Source: Candidatus Rokuibacteriota bacterium (GTDB lineage Bacteria > Methylomirabilota > Methylomirabilia > Rokubacteriales > CSP1-6). From it: a stretch of 64,000 nucleotides of DNA. Below are positions 56,715-64,000 of the stretch, one piece after another; within the stretch, counting starts at the first letter, position 1, and the number at the start of each line of letters is the position of its first letter. The notes beneath the pieces are model-generated. The model saw only the letters and a list, made by a program, of their open reading frames with translations. It was not told the origin of the DNA and made no database searches. Where the stretch lies: assembly GCA_016179965.1 (NCBI GenBank), contig JACPCF010000059.1, positions 972 to 64,971 on the forward strand, given 5' to 3'. The position numbers and the translations under genes are program-made.

Positions 56715-57755
56715 CTACTCGAGCTCGCCGCGAGGCGCGGTAGCCCGATACGGCGGGAACCTGAAGGCCATCTCGCGCGAGAGCAGGCCGCCGTGACCGA
56801 GCGCGGCGATCTCGGCGTTGCCGATCTCATCCCCCGCCAGGATTCGTGGGAAGACCAGGTCGAATGTCGTCGCCTGGGAGAACATCCCGCACGTGGGCAT
56901 CCCCACCAGGGGCGCTCCCTCCCAGCGGGCGATCCAGAGGAGGCTCCCGGGATGGGCCGGCGATCCGTGCCGTTCCATCCGCCCCCCGACGAGTTCCAGG
57001 CCTCCGAACACCGGGTCGAGTGGGTCCAGCGCGCTGGCGCCCGCCACGATGAAGATCTGAGCGCCGGCGTCCTTGAGCGCCTCGAGCTCCTTGGCGACGG
57101 CATGGGGGCCCATCCCGGCAAAGCGGATGGGGAGCAGCCGCGAGCCGAACCAGTCGATCTTCTCCTGGAGCGCCGACTCGAACCGCCGCCGCTGCTGTTC
57201 CTCCAGCCTCTCCCGCGCCACGGCGCCGATGACGAAGGGCGTGAACGGGCTCACCGCGAGCACGCCCCCGGCCTGTCGGGCCAGACGTTCCACTTCGGCG
57301 ATCGTGGCGGAGGCGATGACCAGCGGAGTGACCTTGGCCTTGGCCACCACCTCCCCGGCCTCCACGGGCTGGCCGTCAAAGAGGGTGAAGACCGAGATCC
57401 CCTCGAAGGCGTTCGCCTTGGAGAGCGGCCCGGTCCTGACCTTGAGGAGACCCCGCCGCGCGGCGGTCAGCGCCCACTGGCCCCCGGTGTAGCCCTTCAC
57501 CTGAACGCCGTCGCCGACGACGGCCCGCGAGAGACGGGCCCCCGCCTCTTCCTCGTGGAGGTCCCCGGGCTCGAGCTCCAGGAGATGGAGCTCCTCCCAG
57601 TCACAGCCGAGAATCCGTTCCGCCAGGACGCCGTCCAGCGTCTCGCCCTTCTGGCCCACGACTTTCTTCGCCCCGTCCCTGACGTCGTGGCAGAGTACCT
57701 TCCCGATCAGTGCTCCAGCCGTCGCCCCCGACCTCAGGACCGCGTGGGCCTTCAA
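56715..57755 (-). CDS. Hypothetical protein in the Mo-hydroxylase maturation cluster. The family was not recognised.
   Basis: It is a 346-aa ORF translationally coupled to the xdhC paralog upstream. No motif could be assigned confidently. Confidence 0.4.
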   Translation of the reverse strand: MKAHAVLRSGATAGALIGKVLCHDVRDGAKKVVGQKGETLDGVLAERILGCDWEELHLLELEPGDLHEEEAGARLSRAVVGDGVQVKGYTGGQWALTAARRGLLKVRTGPLSKANAFEGISVFTLFDGQPVEAGEVVAKAKVTPLVIASATIAEVERLARQAGGVLAVSPFTPFVIGAVARERLEEQQRRRFESALQEKIDWFGSRLLPIRFAGMGPHAVAKELEALKDAGAQIFIVAGASALDPLDPVFGGLELVGGRMERHGSPAHPGSLLWIARWEGAPLVGMPTCGMFSQATTFDLVFPRILAGDEIGNAEIAALGHGGLLSREMAFRFPPYRATAPRGELE

Positions 57756-58849
57756 CGCTTCCCCTCTCTGACCTTCCGGCTGATCGGCATCCCTGTGGCG
57801 CCGACGCGCTCGGCCAGAATCTCTGCCAGGATGGCCAGCGCGATCTCGGGAGCGGTCTGGGCGCCGAGATCAAGGCCGATGGGGACACGGATCCGCGCCA
57901 GCAGCTCCTCGGACACGCCCTCTTCTCTCAGGAGGGTGAGGATGGCGTTGCCGCGGCGCGTGCTCCCCAGCATCCCGATGTAGCCGGCCTTGCTCGCCAG
58001 GGCGTGGCGGAGCACCGGGAGGTCGTACTTGTAGTCGTGCGCCACCAGGACCAGGGCCGTCACTGGAGTGAGCGGGATGGACCTCACCACTTCGGAAGGA
58101 ATGCCCACTTCCAGGCGGTCCACGTCGGGGAAGCGCTCGCGGCTGGCGAAGCGCGGGCGGCCGTCCACCACGATCGTCCTGAAGCCGAGGATCTTGGCCA
58201 GGGAGACGAGCGGCATGGCGACATGGCCGGCGCCGACCACCAGGAGCGTGGACGGAGGCCCGAAGGTCTCGACGAAGCAGCGGATCCCCTCGAGGAAGAG
58301 CGTCTTCGAGACGCCGCGGCTCAGGCACTCCCCAGCCTCGGCGGCGAACCGCCGGTCCAGGAAGGGATCGCCCAGACTCCCCTCGGTGCGCCCGTCGTCC
58401 AGGAGCAGGAGCTTCGCCCCGTTGTTGGGAGGATCCAGGCGCGTGATCAGCGCGCCCCAGCCGCCCTGCTCGGCGTGGGCCCGGAGCGTCTCGTAGTAGG
58501 TCAGCGGCGGGGCGTCGGTCCGGGCCAGCCTTAGCGGCTCGACGAAGACCTCGATGGTCCCGCCGCACGTGAGCCCGATCTCCCACGCCTCTTCGTCTCC
58601 GAGGTTCAGCTCCAGGAGCTTCGGGGTATTCTCGCCGAGGACGCCTTCGGCCTCCTCGATCACCTGGGCGTCCACGCAGCCGCCGATGGTCACCGAGCCC
58701 AGGATCCGGCCGCCGCCCCCCACGAGCATCTTGGCCCCCTCCTTGCGCGGGGTCGTGCCGCGGGTGTTGACCAGCGTGGCCAGGGCCACCTTCTCCTCTA
58801 CGTTTTTCAGCCGTTCGAACTGCTCGAAGAGCTCGTGCATAGCGCTCAA
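57752..58849 (-). CDS. XdhC/CoxI family molybdenum-cofactor insertion chaperone.
   Basis: It has an N-terminal XdhC_CoxI domain and an XdhC Rossmann domain (LLVVGAGHVAMPL). Confidence 0.75.
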   Translation of the reverse strand: MSAMHELFEQFERLKNVEEKVALATLVNTRGTTPRKEGAKMLVGGGGRILGSVTIGGCVDAQVIEEAEGVLGENTPKLLELNLGDEEAWEIGLTCGGTIEVFVEPLRLARTDAPPLTYYETLRAHAEQGGWGALITRLDPPNNGAKLLLLDDGRTEGSLGDPFLDRRFAAEAGECLSRGVSKTLFLEGIRCFVETFGPPSTLLVVGAGHVAMPLVSLAKILGFRTIVVDGRPRFASRERFPDVDRLEVGIPSEVVRSIPLTPVTALVLVAHDYKYDLPVLRHALASKAGYIGMLGSTRRGNAILTLLREEGVSEELLARIRVPIGLDLGAQTAPEIALAILAEILAERVGATGMPISRKVREGKR

Positions 58850-59073
58850 ACTATACCACGGAGATCGCCCGCCGAGAGGGCGGACTCAGGTGGTCGGGGG
58901 TGAAGAGAGAGCCGCCTCGTAATCCTGCCAGGTGTTGACGTCCGGGGGGTGGGGGTGATCAACCTCTACGTGGTGGACCCATTCGGGACCTTGAGCGCGA
59001 TTGGCTGATCAAACAGCGATCGGGGGAAGATGATCGGGGCCCGCCACCAGGACCAGTCCCGAGACGAACGGCC

Positions 59074-60024
59074 TCATCCCGTGGGATCTGCGGAGTATCT
59101 TCCCGGATCCCGGTCGAACGTTTCCTTGCATCGGAGGCAGCAGAAGTAAACGCTTCTCCCCAACGCCCCTGATCGATATCTGGCCGATGCGACCTCCACG
59201 AGCATCCCGCAGACCGGATCCCTAGCTTCGGTTTCGCCGATCTCCTCCTGAGCGGTTTGCGCGCCCTTCCAGTCAACCTTCTGGCTCCTCGACACCTGAA
59301 TGATCTCGGCCAGGATGCTCACCGCGATCTCCTGAGGCGTAACCGCGCCGATGTCAAGCCCCGCCGGGGCCTTCAGCCGGCCGAGCCGTTCGGCTGGCAC
59401 CCCCCTCGCCCGCAAAGCCTCGATGACCGCGCCGGCCCGCTTCCGGCTTGCCACCAGGCTCACGTAGCCGGCCTCGCTCCGAAGCGCCTGCAGGAGGGCC
59501 TCTTCGTCGAAGGTCCCATGGCTGGCCACCACGACGAAGGTCCGCGGAGTGACGCGGAGCTGGGCAAGGCGATCGGCGGAGCTTTCGGAGGGCACCAGGA
59601 CCACGGCAAAGTCCATGGCCTGGCCGAGCTTCGCCAGCGTCTCGATCACCGGCCCTCGGCCGAAGAGGAGGAGTTCGGGTTTCGGCAGCACCGGCTCCAC
59701 GTAGATCTCCAACGTCCCCCCGCTGTGGCACGTCATCGGGTATTCGAGCACACCTTCTCGCCTGCCGGAACCGGTCCCGCCTTCCCCCACCAGGGCGATG
59801 AAGCGCGGCTGGCCGTCGCCGAGGGCCTTGAGCGCCTCTTTGACCACCACCGGCTGGGCGCAGCTACCCCCGACCCATCCCGAAACCGTTCCATCTTTCC
59901 GGATGAGAGCCTTGGCTCCGGGCTTGGCCGAGGTCGGCCGCTCGCACCGAACCACGGTAGCCAGGGCAAACGGCTCACCCTGCTGAGCAAGCTCATACGC
60001 CAGGGCGAAGAGATCATCGGCCAC
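59074..60024 (-). CDS. XdhC/CoxI family protein fused to a C-terminal YHS (TRASH-like) metal-binding domain.
   Basis: XdhC_CoxI plus a Rossmann domain (LLLFGRGPVIETLAKL) are followed by DPVCGMLVEVASARYRSGALGRSVYFCCLRCKETF, a YHS-type Cys cluster. Confidence 0.75.
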   Translation of the reverse strand: MADDLFALAYELAQQGEPFALATVVRCERPTSAKPGAKALIRKDGTVSGWVGGSCAQPVVVKEALKALGDGQPRFIALVGEGGTGSGRREGVLEYPMTCHSGGTLEIYVEPVLPKPELLLFGRGPVIETLAKLGQAMDFAVVLVPSESSADRLAQLRVTPRTFVVVASHGTFDEEALLQALRSEAGYVSLVASRKRAGAVIEALRARGVPAERLGRLKAPAGLDIGAVTPQEIAVSILAEIIQVSRSQKVDWKGAQTAQEEIGETEARDPVCGMLVEVASARYRSGALGRSVYFCCLRCKETFDRDPGRYSADPTG

Positions 60025-60042
60025 GGAAACACCGCTCGGGCG

Positions 60043-60627
60043 TCACGTCTTCTCTGCTCCGCCGCCCAGGAGCCGCCTGACTGCGCGCCCCATCGTCTGC
60101 CTCACGGCTTTGGCCCCCAGCGAGAGGGCGTCCAGCTGCTTGGCCTCCGATGGAACCGCTTGAGCGCCCTCCTGGCCAGAGCCTACCTCCAGCTTCTGCC
60201 GCAGGGCAGCGGCGAACTGCTGAAAGATCTGGTTCGACACGCTCTCGATCATCCCTCGGCCCATCTGGGCGAGGATCCCGCTGATATTCACCTGCGAGGC
60301 CACCGTGACTTCGGTGCCGCCAACTATCGGGTGGAGGCGGCTCTGCATCCGCATCTCGGCCCCGCCCTTGCCCTTGACGTCCTGCCCCTGGCCGATCAGC
60401 TCGGCTTCCCATTGCATCGCGTCCAGGCGCTCAAAGCGGATCTTGCCCTTGTAGCTGGCCGTCACGGGCCCCACCTTCACGGTGATCGTTCCCAGATAGG
60501 TACGGTCGTCCACCTTCTCGGTGATCGCCGCCCCGGGCAAACAGCTGGCCACCTGGTAGGGGTCGGTGAGGAAGCTCCACACTCGATCAGGAGGCGCATC
60601 CAGAGCGAACTTCTGCTCGATCTTCAT
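60043..60627 (-). CDS. coxG: CoxG-like SRPBCC family protein (carbon monoxide dehydrogenase subunit G).
   Basis: It is 194 aa with the pattern MKIEQKFALDAPPDRVWSFLTDPYQVASCLPGA…. Confidence 0.8.
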   Translation of the reverse strand: MKIEQKFALDAPPDRVWSFLTDPYQVASCLPGAAITEKVDDRTYLGTITVKVGPVTASYKGKIRFERLDAMQWEAELIGQGQDVKGKGGAEMRMQSRLHPIVGGTEVTVASQVNISGILAQMGRGMIESVSNQIFQQFAAALRQKLEVGSGQEGAQAVPSEAKQLDALSLGAKAVRQTMGRAVRRLLGGGAEKT

Positions 60628-60650
60628 GGCGTTTCCGCGAAAACCATCGC

Positions 60651-61094
60651 TTACTGCCGGCTCAACGACACGGGGCCGTAATGCCCCGTGCTACGCCCCG
60701 TCCCCTCCAATCGCTTGTCGGAGACAACCTTCAGGGAGAAATCCCTCCCACCCACATCCAACAACACCCAAATGCTTCCATCCTGCTTGGCCCCAACGCT
60801 CCCTCTCATCCGGTGATAGGTAAACGAGCCGTGGACGACAAACACCATCGTTCCACTCACTTTTTGCCCTTGCTGGTCCTCGACCACCACTTCGATGGGA
60901 TGCACCATATTCCCACCCCACTCGCCCTTCCACTTTCCGACGAGATTGGGGGGCGTTGGTACAGGGGCCAGTGTCTCTTCGACGGTGGCGCAGCCGGTCA
61001 CAATACCGAGGAGAGGCGCCATGGCGAGGACGGAAACGAAACCTCCTGTTCTTGACCTCACGGTTTTGGCTCCTCTTCCTGTGGGTCGGTTCAC
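60651..61094 (-). CDS. Hypothetical lipoprotein.
   Basis: It has a signal peptide with a lipobox (LLGIVTGC). There is no recognisable domain. Confidence 0.5.
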   Translation of the reverse strand: MNRPTGRGAKTVRSRTGGFVSVLAMAPLLGIVTGCATVEETLAPVPTPPNLVGKWKGEWGGNMVHPIEVVVEDQQGQKVSGTMVFVVHGSFTYHRMRGSVGAKQDGSIWVLLDVGGRDFSLKVVSDKRLEGTGRSTGHYGPVSLSRQ

Positions 61095-61116
61095 CGCTCA
61101 AGTTTACTGGGCTGCC

Positions 61117-63486
61117 CTACTCAGTGACCCCGTGCTCACGCAGGAGCTTCCAGACCTTGGCCGGAGTGATGGGAATGTCGATGTGGCGCACCCCCAAATG
61201 CCAGAGGGCATCCACGACCGCGTTGGTGATGGCCGCCGGCGCGCCGACCGTGGCCGACTCCCCCACCCCCTTCGCCCCCAGCGGATGGTGGGGCGACGGG
61301 GTGCAGGTTTTGTCGGTCTCCCACCGGGGCGTCTCCACCGCCGTGGGCAGCAGGTAGTCCATGAAGCTGCCGCCCTGGATGTTGCCGTGCTCATCGTAAG
61401 AGATCTCCTCGTAGAGCGCCGGGGCCAGCCCCATGGTGAGCCCGCCGTGGATCTGGCCTTCGACGATCATCGGGTTGATGATGTTGCCGCAGTCGTCCAC
61501 CGCCACGAAGCGCCGGACCTTCACCTCCCCGGTCCCCTTGTCGATGTCCACCACCGAGATGTAGCTCCCGAAGGGGAAGGTGAGGTTGGGCGGGTCGTAA
61601 TACGAGACCGCCTCGAGCCCCGCCTCCATGCCTTGCGGATGATTCGTATAGGCCGCGAAGGCGATCTCCTGGATGGTCTTCGCCCGGTTGGGTGCCCCCT
61701 TCACCGAGAACTTCCCCGGCTCCCAGACCAGATCTTCTTCCGCGGCTTCCAGCAGGTGCGCCGCGATCTTCCGCGCTTTGTCCCGGATCTTCCGGGCCGC
61801 CATGGCCCCGGCCGCGCCGGCGACGGGGGTCGAGCGGCTCGCGTAGGTGCCAAGGCCGTAGGGAGCAGTGTCGGTGTCGCCCTCCTCCACCTGGATGTCG
61901 GCCGCGGGAATCCCCAGCTCCTCGGCGAGGATCTGGGCGTACGTGGTCTCGTGACCCTGCCCCTGGGACTTGGTCCCGAAGCGGGCGATGGCCTTGCCGG
62001 TCGGATGGATCCGGATCTCGCAGCTGTCGAACATCTTGAGGCCCAGGATGTCGAAGTGCTTGGACGGGCCCGCCCCCACGATCTCGGTGAAGCTCGAGAT
62101 CCCGATCCCCATCAGCTCGCCGCGCTTGCGCTTCTCCGCCTGCTCTCGCCGGAGCTCGGCATAGCCGATCTTCTCCATGGCCTTTCGGAGGGCGCCGGCG
62201 TAGTTTCCGCTGTCGTACTCCCATCCGAGGGCGGACTTGTACGGGAACTGCTCGGGCTTGATGAAGTTCTTGAGCCTGAACTCGGCCGGGTCCATCCCGA
62301 GCTGGTGGGCCACGAGGTCCGCCATCCTCTCGATGGTATGCACGGCCTCCGTGACGCGGAACGAGCACCGGTACGCGATCCCCCCCGGCGGCTTGTTGGT
62401 GTATACCCCGTCCACCTCCACGTGGGCCGCCTTGAAGTCGTAGGAGCCGGTACAGATATGGAAGAGCCCGGCCGGGAACTTGGAGGGGTTGGCCGCCGCG
62501 TCGGCGTAGCCGTGGTCGGCGATCGTCTTGATCCTGAGCGCCGTGAGCGTGCCGTCCTTCTTCGCCGCCAGCTCGGCCGTGATGTGATAGTCCCGGGCGA
62601 AGGAGTCGGCCTGGAGGTTTTCCATCCGGTCCTCCATCCACTTGACCGGCTTCCCCGTCAGCACCGAGGCCGCCACGGCGATCACGTACCCCGGATAGAC
62701 CGGCACCTTGCCCCCGAAGCCGCCGCCGATGTCGGGGGAGATGATCCGGATCTTGTGCTCGGCCAGGCCAACGTGCCCTGCCACCAGGGCAAACACCGTG
62801 CGGATCGCGTGGGGCGCCTGGGTGGTCATCCAGACCGTCAGCTTGCCTGACACTTTGTCGAAGTGGGCGATGCAACCGCAGGTCTCAATGGAGGCCACGT
62901 GGATCCGCGGGAGGTAGATGTCCTGCTTGACCGTCACCTCAGCCTCGCGGAAGACGCGATCGGTGGCGGCCTTGTCCCCCCACTCCCAGTGCCAGATGTG
63001 GTTATCCTTCTTGTCCTTCTTGTCGGTGCGGAGCACCGGCGCTCCGGGCTCCAGCGCCTTCTTGGGATCGACGACGACGGGGAGCGGCTCGTACTCGACC
63101 TCCACCGCCTCGACGCCATCGGCGGCTTTGTAACGGTCCGTGGCGAGGACCGCTGCCACCTCCTGAGCCTGATACATGACCTTCTCCACCGGGAGCACCA
63201 TCTGGGTGTCCGACATGAGGGTCGGCATCCAGTGGAGGTTATACTTGGCGAGATCCTGGCCGGTGATGACGGCCAGCACCCCCGGCATCGCCAGGGCCTT
63301 GGTGGGATCGATCTTCTTGATCTTCGCGTGGGCGAAGGGGCTCCGGACGATGTCGAGGTAGAGCATGCCCGGAAGCTGGATGTCGTCCACGTAGGTCCCC
63401 TTCCCCCGGATGAAGCGCGGGTCCTCCTTGCGCTTCACCGAGTGCCCCATCCCTCCGATCTCGGGCGAGGTCTTGGGCGCCATCAT
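61117..63486 (-). CDS. coxL: Aerobic carbon monoxide dehydrogenase large subunit CoxL, form I (active-site loop AYRCSFR).
   Basis: It is 790 aa from MMAPKT. The loop [10 protein letters not shown] is diagnostic of form I Mo-Cu CODH. Its start overlaps the coxS stop as ATGA. Confidence 0.85.
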   Translation of the reverse strand: MMAPKTSPEIGGMGHSVKRKEDPRFIRGKGTYVDDIQLPGMLYLDIVRSPFAHAKIKKIDPTKALAMPGVLAVITGQDLAKYNLHWMPTLMSDTQMVLPVEKVMYQAQEVAAVLATDRYKAADGVEAVEVEYEPLPVVVDPKKALEPGAPVLRTDKKDKKDNHIWHWEWGDKAATDRVFREAEVTVKQDIYLPRIHVASIETCGCIAHFDKVSGKLTVWMTTQAPHAIRTVFALVAGHVGLAEHKIRIISPDIGGGFGGKVPVYPGYVIAVAASVLTGKPVKWMEDRMENLQADSFARDYHITAELAAKKDGTLTALRIKTIADHGYADAAANPSKFPAGLFHICTGSYDFKAAHVEVDGVYTNKPPGGIAYRCSFRVTEAVHTIERMADLVAHQLGMDPAEFRLKNFIKPEQFPYKSALGWEYDSGNYAGALRKAMEKIGYAELRREQAEKRKRGELMGIGISSFTEIVGAGPSKHFDILGLKMFDSCEIRIHPTGKAIARFGTKSQGQGHETTYAQILAEELGIPAADIQVEEGDTDTAPYGLGTYASRSTPVAGAAGAMAARKIRDKARKIAAHLLEAAEEDLVWEPGKFSVKGAPNRAKTIQEIAFAAYTNHPQGMEAGLEAVSYYDPPNLTFPFGSYISVVDIDKGTGEVKVRRFVAVDDCGNIINPMIVEGQIHGGLTMGLAPALYEEISYDEHGNIQGGSFMDYLLPTAVETPRWETDKTCTPSPHHPLGAKGVGESATVGAPAAITNAVVDALWHLGVRHIDIPITPAKVWKLLREHGVTE

Positions 63487-63971
63487 GACCCTCCCTGCCG
63501 CAGCTTGGCCGCGGCGTACTCGATTGCCTTCACGATGTTCACGTAGCCGGTGCACCGGCAGAGGTTTCCTGAGATGGCCCGGCGGATCTGCTCCTCGTCG
63601 GGTTGGGGGTTCTTCTTGAGGAACGCGTAGCTGGCCATCAGCATGCCGGGGGTACAGTAGCCGCACTGGAGGCCGTGCTCCTGCATGAAGCCTTCCTGGA
63701 GCGGGTGGAGCTTGCCGTCCTGCTCGAGGCCCTCCACGGTCATGATCTCTTTCCCGTGGGCCTGGACGGCGAACACGGAGCACGACTTCACGGCCCGCCC
63801 GTCGAGGAGGACGGTGCAGGCCCCGCAATGCGTGGTGTCGCAGCCGATGTGGGTCCCGGTCAGCCGGAGGATGTCCCGGATGAGGTGCACCAGGAGGAGC
63901 CGCGGCTCCACCTCGGCCTCATGCTTCTCCCCGTTGATCGCGACTTGCACGAGCATCGTCCTCACCTCCAT
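63483..63971 (-). CDS. coxS: CO dehydrogenase small subunit CoxS ([2Fe-2S] binding).
   Basis: Both [2Fe-2S] motifs are present ([15 protein letters not shown] and CGYCTPG…CRCTGY). Confidence 0.9.
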   Translation of the reverse strand: MEVRTMLVQVAINGEKHEAEVEPRLLLVHLIRDILRLTGTHIGCDTTHCGACTVLLDGRAVKSCSVFAVQAHGKEIMTVEGLEQDGKLHPLQEGFMQEHGLQCGYCTPGMLMASYAFLKKNPQPDEEQIRRAISGNLCRCTGYVNIVKAIEYAAAKLRQGGS

Positions 63972-64000
63972 ATTCTCGGGTTTCGCTCGCCTGCGACTCG

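Noticed and set aside
63972-64000. A possible start of coxM upstream of coxS.
   Set aside because: Only 29 nt remain in the window. Nothing can be called.

Overview
This is a 64 kb high-GC (~68%) bacterial chromosomal segment. In the first ~25 kb most genes lie on the minus strand and are conserved housekeeping genes: prfB (partial, +1 frameshift site intact), lnt, a metallophosphoesterase, nusB-ribH-ribBA-ribE-ribD, ftsY, a rodZ-like gene, smc, secA, recN, nadK, tlyA, a manC/PMM fusion, a rhomboid protease and an M16 peptidase pair. The rest is accessory-looking. It holds a GGDEF/GAF diguanylate cyclase, a phnCE-HIT unit, DUF2207-lemA, a dodecin gene and an enoyl-CoA hydratase. Around 35.2-37.05 kb there is a decayed patch with an hflC pseudogene, a transposase N-terminal fragment and a tRNA-like remnant. 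A yejABEF-type peptide ABC operon follows, and its ATPase gene carries an internal deletion. Next come an orphan form II CoxL-like molybdopterin subunit and a livKHMGF-like transporter with a formamidase gene. A truncated SDR gene start abuts a pRiA4b-ORF3-like gene next to tRNA-Ala(CGC). Stomatin-nfeD, agmatinase, sufS-sufU, two xdhC paralogs (one fused to a YHS metal-binding domain), coxG and a form I CO dehydrogenase coxL-coxS end the window. The most unusual locus is at 26.5-29.5 kb. A ~50% GC leader with a sigma54-like motif precedes a signal-peptide protein made of 26 tandem copies of the octapeptide (R/G)GQDVQAPR, encoded by 24-bp units that differ mainly by synonymous changes. This gene has its own strong terminator. 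It is followed by a secreted trypsin-like serine protease carrying a transmembrane segment and a cytoplasmic rhodanese domain. That rhodanese domain is interrupted by an in-frame TGA two residues after the active-site cysteine. Other sequence oddities are a 19-bp perfect tandem duplication with two C7 tracts fused onto an N-terminally truncated cold-shock gene immediately after the recN stop, and a 30-nt dispersed repeat that occurs twice in the rib-nusB operon.
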